Shown in pieces: positions 16,400-20,000 of a DNA stretch of 20,000 nt. Numbering within the stretch: the first letter of the stretch is position 1; every line of letters starts with the position of its first letter. The DNA is from an uncultured virus (IMG/VR IMGVR_UViG_3300022845_000001) (taxonomy: Duplodnaviria; Heunggongvirae; Uroviricota; Caudoviricetes), in IMG/VR virus record IMGVR_UViG_3300022845_000001. One strand, given 5' to 3'. The notes below the pieces were generated by a model. The model had not been told where the DNA came from and ran no database searches. It worked only from the letters and a program-made list of their open reading frames with translations. The translations under genes were made by a program, and so were the position numbers.

Positions 16400-16430
16400 C
16401 AAAAATAGTTTAAAATTATAAACTTTGCAA
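16400..16430 (-). promoter_or_regulatory. Canonical Bacteroidota sigma promoter upstream of the wHTH gene
   Basis: Minus-strand TTG (16428-16430), 20-nt spacer, TATTTTTG (16400-16407). Confidence 0.5.
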
Positions 16431-16556
16431 TAAATTAGCGTTGGACTATTTTGTTATCTCAATCCTGAAATTGCTGGTTTGTCTCCAATATATGGCCGAA
16501 AACACCTGCATTATTGCACTTTGACAGGATAACAAATTAAATCCTTAGTTATTTTA

Positions 16557-16586
16557 GGCATAAAAAAAGGGACAATTAAGCCCTTG
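16557..16586 (-). terminator. Intrinsic terminator
   Basis: Minus strand AAGGG-CTTAATTGT-CCCTT-TTTTTATGCC. Confidence 0.75.
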
Positions 16587-16613
16587 AATTGGTGTTTTGG
16601 TTTAGCGTTGTTC

Positions 16614-16781
16614 TCATCTTCTAACTCCCCGAATATTTTCGTGATAAATTAAGGATTCTAAATGCTCCAACCCTTCGGAACCATCAGCGTATATTACCTT
16701 TACTTGTACTCCATGTCCAAGGTTCCTGTTCCTTGTCATTACTCTTACCTTTTCGCCCGAGGTTGTGAATTTAGTTATCAT
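16614..16781 (-). CDS. Hypothetical protein, 55 aa (start revised to MITKF)
   Basis: The upstream ATG at 16832 overlaps the P8 -7 box; an A-rich leader precedes 16781. Confidence 0.65.
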   Translation of the reverse strand: MITKFTTSGEKVRVMTRNRNLGHGVQVKVIYADGSEGLEHLESLIYHENIRGVRR

Positions 16782-16822
16782 GATCTTTTTATTTAAATGA
16801 TTGATTCGTTTCAACGATGCAT

Positions 16823-16892
16823 CAAAGTACATGATTAAGAAGTTGATAAACCAACGAATTTACATGAACAGTATAATAAACTGATAAGCGGT
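16823..16892 (-). promoter_or_regulatory. Paired-repeat promoter P8
   Basis: ATGAACAGT (16864-16872) and ATAAGCGGT (16884-16892). -7-like GTACTTTG (minus) at 16823-16830. Confidence 0.75.
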
Positions 16893-17407
16893 ATTAACTA
16901 AGGGATCAATAGCCTGTTTTGTTTCCTTATGTTGTAGCTCATTAGATGTTAGACCAATGTAATTATTAACCCCATAATTACAAGGATCAAACTTGTATTC
17001 ATAGCCAATACCAAAGGATCAGGCCACTATTAATGTTATGGAATCAAAAACAAAAACCAAAATCCAAAAACCGAACCCACCCGGTCAGCAGCTTTCCGTT
17101 TTTTCTTTAACTTTATTTACATGAAACACCTTATAACCCCAATACCCTGTATACCTCCAATTTTTTTTTCACAATATAGGAGGGGTTGCACTATAGTATA
17201 CTAACGTATTAGTTACTTATTTCTAAGGATGTATAAGTTATAATTTCATAAAAGTCATCCATATTGATTTGCCATCGCTTCTGCGATACCGGGGAAAGTT
17301 TTACTCCTATTCTTTTGCCTTTCTTTACCTCCTTTATTGAACCAATACCCTCATTTTATTTTCCATTTTTCATTATTTACCCCAACTGTATAAAAATCTC
17401 CGATATT

Positions 17408-18130
17408 TTAGTTAAACAACTTAAGATTATAAGTATGATTTTTGTATCTATTTTCTTGTAGGGTGAAGTATTCTTCATCAATTTCACTTGCTATAAATTC
17501 ATCCACATAATCATCGAATGCGATTCTATCGCTTCCACCTCCATTGTGTCCACAGTAGACTTTTTTCCCTTTTAAATCAAAATCCAATGCTATTTTTTTG
17601 TATAATAATATAGGTTTGTGGCATGGGTGTATTCGTTTTTCGTTTAGTTTTTTATTTCCTTGTTGTCTCATTGGGGTTTGGAGGTTTACTGCTTGACACA
17701 TTCCTGCCCAAAGAAGATTTATTTCGTGCGTATGTTTTATACTGGAGCAGTACGCTGTTTCATAATCTTTAAAGCTCATTCCTTTTGCAACGCCTTTATT
17801 CCATTTAATTCTACCTGTGCCTAATCCGTCCCAATTAACGTACTCTACTCCAAATATTATTTGATTTTTGGATATTCGTCTCATTTCATTGAAGTAGTCT
17901 TGTTTAGGTGCTTCTTGGTCCCAGTCTTTTGGGGTATAGATTTTTTTATTATTATTGCCGTTTAGTTTATTTCCATTTTTCTGTTTAACGGTTGTCTTGG
18001 TTTCTTTTAGGTATGCCATTTTACCAACATTGATTCCGTAGGGTACATCATCGACAACCCAATCAAAATACTTGTCGGGTATATTTTTAGTTGTTAAGTT
18101 CCAATGTTCGTTATAGACTATACTTCTCAT
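17408..18130 (-). CDS. Orphan N6A/N4C DNA methyltransferase, beta-type motif order, divergent motifs, 240 aa
   Basis: KYFDWVVDDVPYG (motif IV) precedes RIHPCHKP and VYCGHNGGGS (motif I) and EIDEEY. Start revised to MRSIVY. Confidence 0.85.
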   Translation of the reverse strand: MRSIVYNEHWNLTTKNIPDKYFDWVVDDVPYGINVGKMAYLKETKTTVKQKNGNKLNGNNNKKIYTPKDWDQEAPKQDYFNEMRRISKNQIIFGVEYVNWDGLGTGRIKWNKGVAKGMSFKDYETAYCSSIKHTHEINLLWAGMCQAVNLQTPMRQQGNKKLNEKRIHPCHKPILLYKKIALDFDLKGKKVYCGHNGGGSDRIAFDDYVDEFIASEIDEEYFTLQENRYKNHTYNLKLFN

Positions 18131-18143
18131 TTCTATTTTAGTT

Positions 18144-18362
18144 TTACCATTCTTCAATTTCGGGTTTTTCATTTTCGCCTAAATTCGGAAACTCGTAAAG
18201 TCCATCGGATACCCATTCTGTTTCCATAGTGTCCTCTAGGAATGCTAATTCGGCTGGTGCGTCTCTTTCTAATGCTAATTTCCTTGCCTCCTCTTCGGAA
18301 TTGGCTTTGACTATTGTTGAGTACGGTGTCATTACATGTACGGTAACTTTATATTGTTTCAT
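18144..18362 (-). CDS. Small DpnD/PcfM-like phage protein, 72 aa
   Basis: MKQYKVTV...IVKANSEEEARKLA. Confidence 0.65.
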   Translation of the reverse strand: MKQYKVTVHVMTPYSTIVKANSEEEARKLALERDAPAELAFLEDTMETEWVSDGLYEFPNLGENEKPEIEEW

Positions 18363-18368
18363 TTAGTT

Positions 18369-18680
18369 TTATTTTGGTGTTGTAAGTATGCCAAGAACCT
18401 TTTTAATCAAATTATCTGCGTGTATTAATCCTTCTGCATACGTGTCTAATTTCTCCTGATCATAACACGTTAGAAATACATTAGCAAGCTCTTTTTTGTA
18501 TTCCAGTATATGCTGTAAGCTATCAGTTGTTTTGTTAATATCCATATATGCTGCTATGCTCAAATCATTAAATGGTTGTATTCTAGCCATCGACTTTTCA
18601 GCAGCTTCAGAAGTACGTTCCATAACATTTTGTATAGCACGTTGTCGTAGTGTTATTAATTTCCTTTCTAGTTCAGCCAT
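18369..18680 (-). CDS. Hypothetical protein, 103 aa
   Basis: ORF with an AAAATC-ATG leader. Confidence 0.65.
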   Translation of the reverse strand: MAELERKLITLRQRAIQNVMERTSEAAEKSMARIQPFNDLSIAAYMDINKTTDSLQHILEYKKELANVFLTCYDQEKLDTYAEGLIHADNLIKKVLGILTTPK

Positions 18681-18699
18681 GATTTTCGTTTAGTCTTTT

Positions 18700-18884
18700 T
18701 CATAGTATTTGAAACCAGTCTTTCGTGTTAGGGATTATGTCTCTATTAAATCTGTACTGTGTTCTGCTTTGGTACGGGGTTCTTCGAACATAAACAGTCC
18801 TTCATCTACGAGTATTCTCCCTTTTTTAACTCCGGGAAGGTCTTGTTTTAGCATGTATTTTTGATTTGATATTTTACTGATCAT
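18700..18884 (-). pseudogene. Possibly frameshifted small phage gene
   Basis: Frame 0 MISKISNQKYMLKQDLPGVKKG... stops after 49 aa. The -1 frame continues ...YRFNRDIIPNTKDWFQIL to 18700. Confidence 0.4.
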
Positions 18885-18961
18885 AGTTTTCTGATATTTA
18901 ATTTCTATTTACTGTAAAGATGTACTAACCTACTAAAAGAGCTGAAATCTCTTCCATTTTA

Positions 18962-19321
18962 TTAACTGTTTCGGTCATCCCAAATACTATTTGCTGTTGC
19001 TATGATAGTCCAGCCGTCTGTGCTAAATCCGTGAGTTCTTACATAATCCCATTCACCTATTGCTTTTAAATAAATCTTTGCTTCGCTAAACCCTTCTGTG
19101 GGATGAAAACGGTAGCTCACACCGTGAATAGTGTGTGGTTTTTTTTTATTGTCGTCCATATTTTCAATAATCTCTATTCCTGTTATTTTAGAGTCATTAT
19201 TTATGTCAATAAAGGGGTTTTCTACATCTACACCATCTATTCCTAGAATAAAGGATAGATATTCTCTTATGTTTTCTTTTGAAGATTCTCCTTCTATTTT
19301 GAATTCAAGTGTTATTCTCAT
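18962..19321 (-). CDS. Hypothetical protein, 119 aa
   Basis: ORF with an ATGA overlap; looks two-part, joined at KPHTIHGVSYRF. Confidence 0.65.
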   Translation of the reverse strand: MRITLEFKIEGESSKENIREYLSFILGIDGVDVENPFIDINNDSKITGIEIIENMDDNKKKPHTIHGVSYRFHPTEGFSEAKIYLKAIGEWDYVRTHGFSTDGWTIIATANSIWDDRNS

Positions 19322-19503
19322 CTTTGTTTATATCGGTTACATTCAATTGCTTCTAAGGCTTCTATTTTAGTATCGTAAAAACCAGTAGTCATTCCATCTA
19401 TATTATTAAAGTTGTACCAAAATGGGATGTACCAAACTTTTTTTTGTACCTCAAAACTTGTTGAGTAAAAATTTCCGTGCTTTTTAATTCTATATTTTGC
19501 CAT
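19318..19503 (-). CDS. Hypothetical protein, 61 aa
   Basis: KYRI...FEVQKKVW..FW pattern common in phage small proteins. Confidence 0.7.
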   Translation of the reverse strand: MAKYRIKKHGNFYSTSFEVQKKVWYIPFWYNFNNIDGMTTGFYDTKIEALEAIECNRYKQR

Positions 19504-19508
19504 ATATT

Positions 19509-19748
19509 TTAAGTTTTCTTTTTTGGAGATTTACCAATTAGCTGATTCACTTTATTCTCTGCATTTATTTCTTCCCAATGTTGGTCAGTCAAGTTCCGGG
19601 CTAATTGCATTTCCATTTCGCTCACTGCTTCTTTAATTGCTTGAAACTTGTATTCAGTAATGTCTTCTGTTATGAATTCACTACAAAAGGCTAGAATTGC
19701 CATTGCATTGTAGGGGTTCATTTCTAATGGTACTTTTGTTTTGTCCAT
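19509..19748 (-). CDS. Hypothetical protein, 79 aa
   Basis: ORF in the operon. Confidence 0.7.
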   Translation of the reverse strand: MDKTKVPLEMNPYNAMAILAFCSEFITEDITEYKFQAIKEAVSEMEMQLARNLTDQHWEEINAENKVNQLIGKSPKKKT

Positions 19749-19906
19749 GATTATTGGTGTTGTTTAGAGTGTTTCATTAGTGCTGTCCCATTCATGAAAG
19801 GTTTACCATCTATGTAGTACCTTACTTTAGTTTTATCATAAGGCTTAATTTCATTACAGTTAACCCACCCTTTGTGCTTTATCTAAGGTTTTGTTTTCTT
19901 TACTCA

Positions 19907-20000
19907 TTATCTCCAATAAAGTATTTCTCCGTCAAATGGTTTGGGCCATTTGAACCACTCTAAAAACTGCTTGAAAGTTAAGCCATCATTGTAAGCCATC
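19907..20000 (-). CDS. 3' end of an ASCH/PUA-like protein (runs off the window)
   Basis: MAYNDGLTFKQFLEWFKWPKPFDGEILYWR matches the phage ASCH-like AxNDG..F..WF...G.I.W tail. Confidence 0.55.
   Translation of the reverse strand, partial: MAYNDGLTFKQFLEWFKWPKPFDGEILYWR

Noticed and set aside
12839..16892. CRISPR or mini-array interpretation of the repeats
   Set aside because: The repeats are degenerate 9-mers in isolated pairs with 11-nt spacers, and there are no cas genes.
17213..17373. Possible small minus-strand gene in the gap
   Set aside because: The ATGs at 17373 and 17366 give only 5- and 10-codon ORFs, and the longer open frame has no upstream ATG.
54..19370. All plus-strand ORFs in the track
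   Set aside because: They are short antisense shadows of better minus-strand genes, with no motifs or leaders.
19752..19907. Possible small gene starting MSKENKT
   Set aside because: It stops after 15 codons. The continuation needs a frameshift and has no recognisable homology.
1..20000. Stop-codon reassignment, tRNA genes or IS elements
   Set aside because: The standard code already gives dense, intact genes. No cloverleaf, transposase or terminal inverted repeats were seen by eye.

Overview
AT-rich phage or prophage DNA, very likely from a Bacteroidota (Flavobacteria-type) host. The host call rests on TAnnTTTG-like -7 promoter boxes and A-rich leaders without Shine-Dalgarno sites. About 55 densely packed genes all lie on the minus strand; no structural, lysis or integrase genes are present. 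In transcription order (right to left): (i) 17.4-20 kb, small ORFs, an ASCH-like fragment and a beta-class DNA methyltransferase; (ii) a non-coding gap at 16.9-17.4 kb; (iii) 4.6-16.8 kb, an early or host-takeover-like array of small genes, including a MarR-like wHTH protein and a DUF3560 / DUF1419-like / NPPF-methyltransferase trio; (iv) 0-4.6 kb, a recombination/repair block (HNH/NinG-like, coiled-coil protein, SSB, Vsr-like nuclease, DUF5565-like RNA ligase, candidate annealing protein, start of a probable exonuclease). The most striking signal is non-coding. Eight intergenic sites share one architecture: two LytTR/AlgR-like 9-bp direct repeats (minus strand ACCGTTCAT-like) with a strict 20-bp period, followed 32-33 bp downstream by a degenerate Bacteroidota -7 box. 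Three of these sites lie directly behind an intrinsic terminator. This looks like an activator-dependent phage promoter regulon, with a possible second GC-rich operator motif layered on it. Family names come from motif recognition only; no database search was run.
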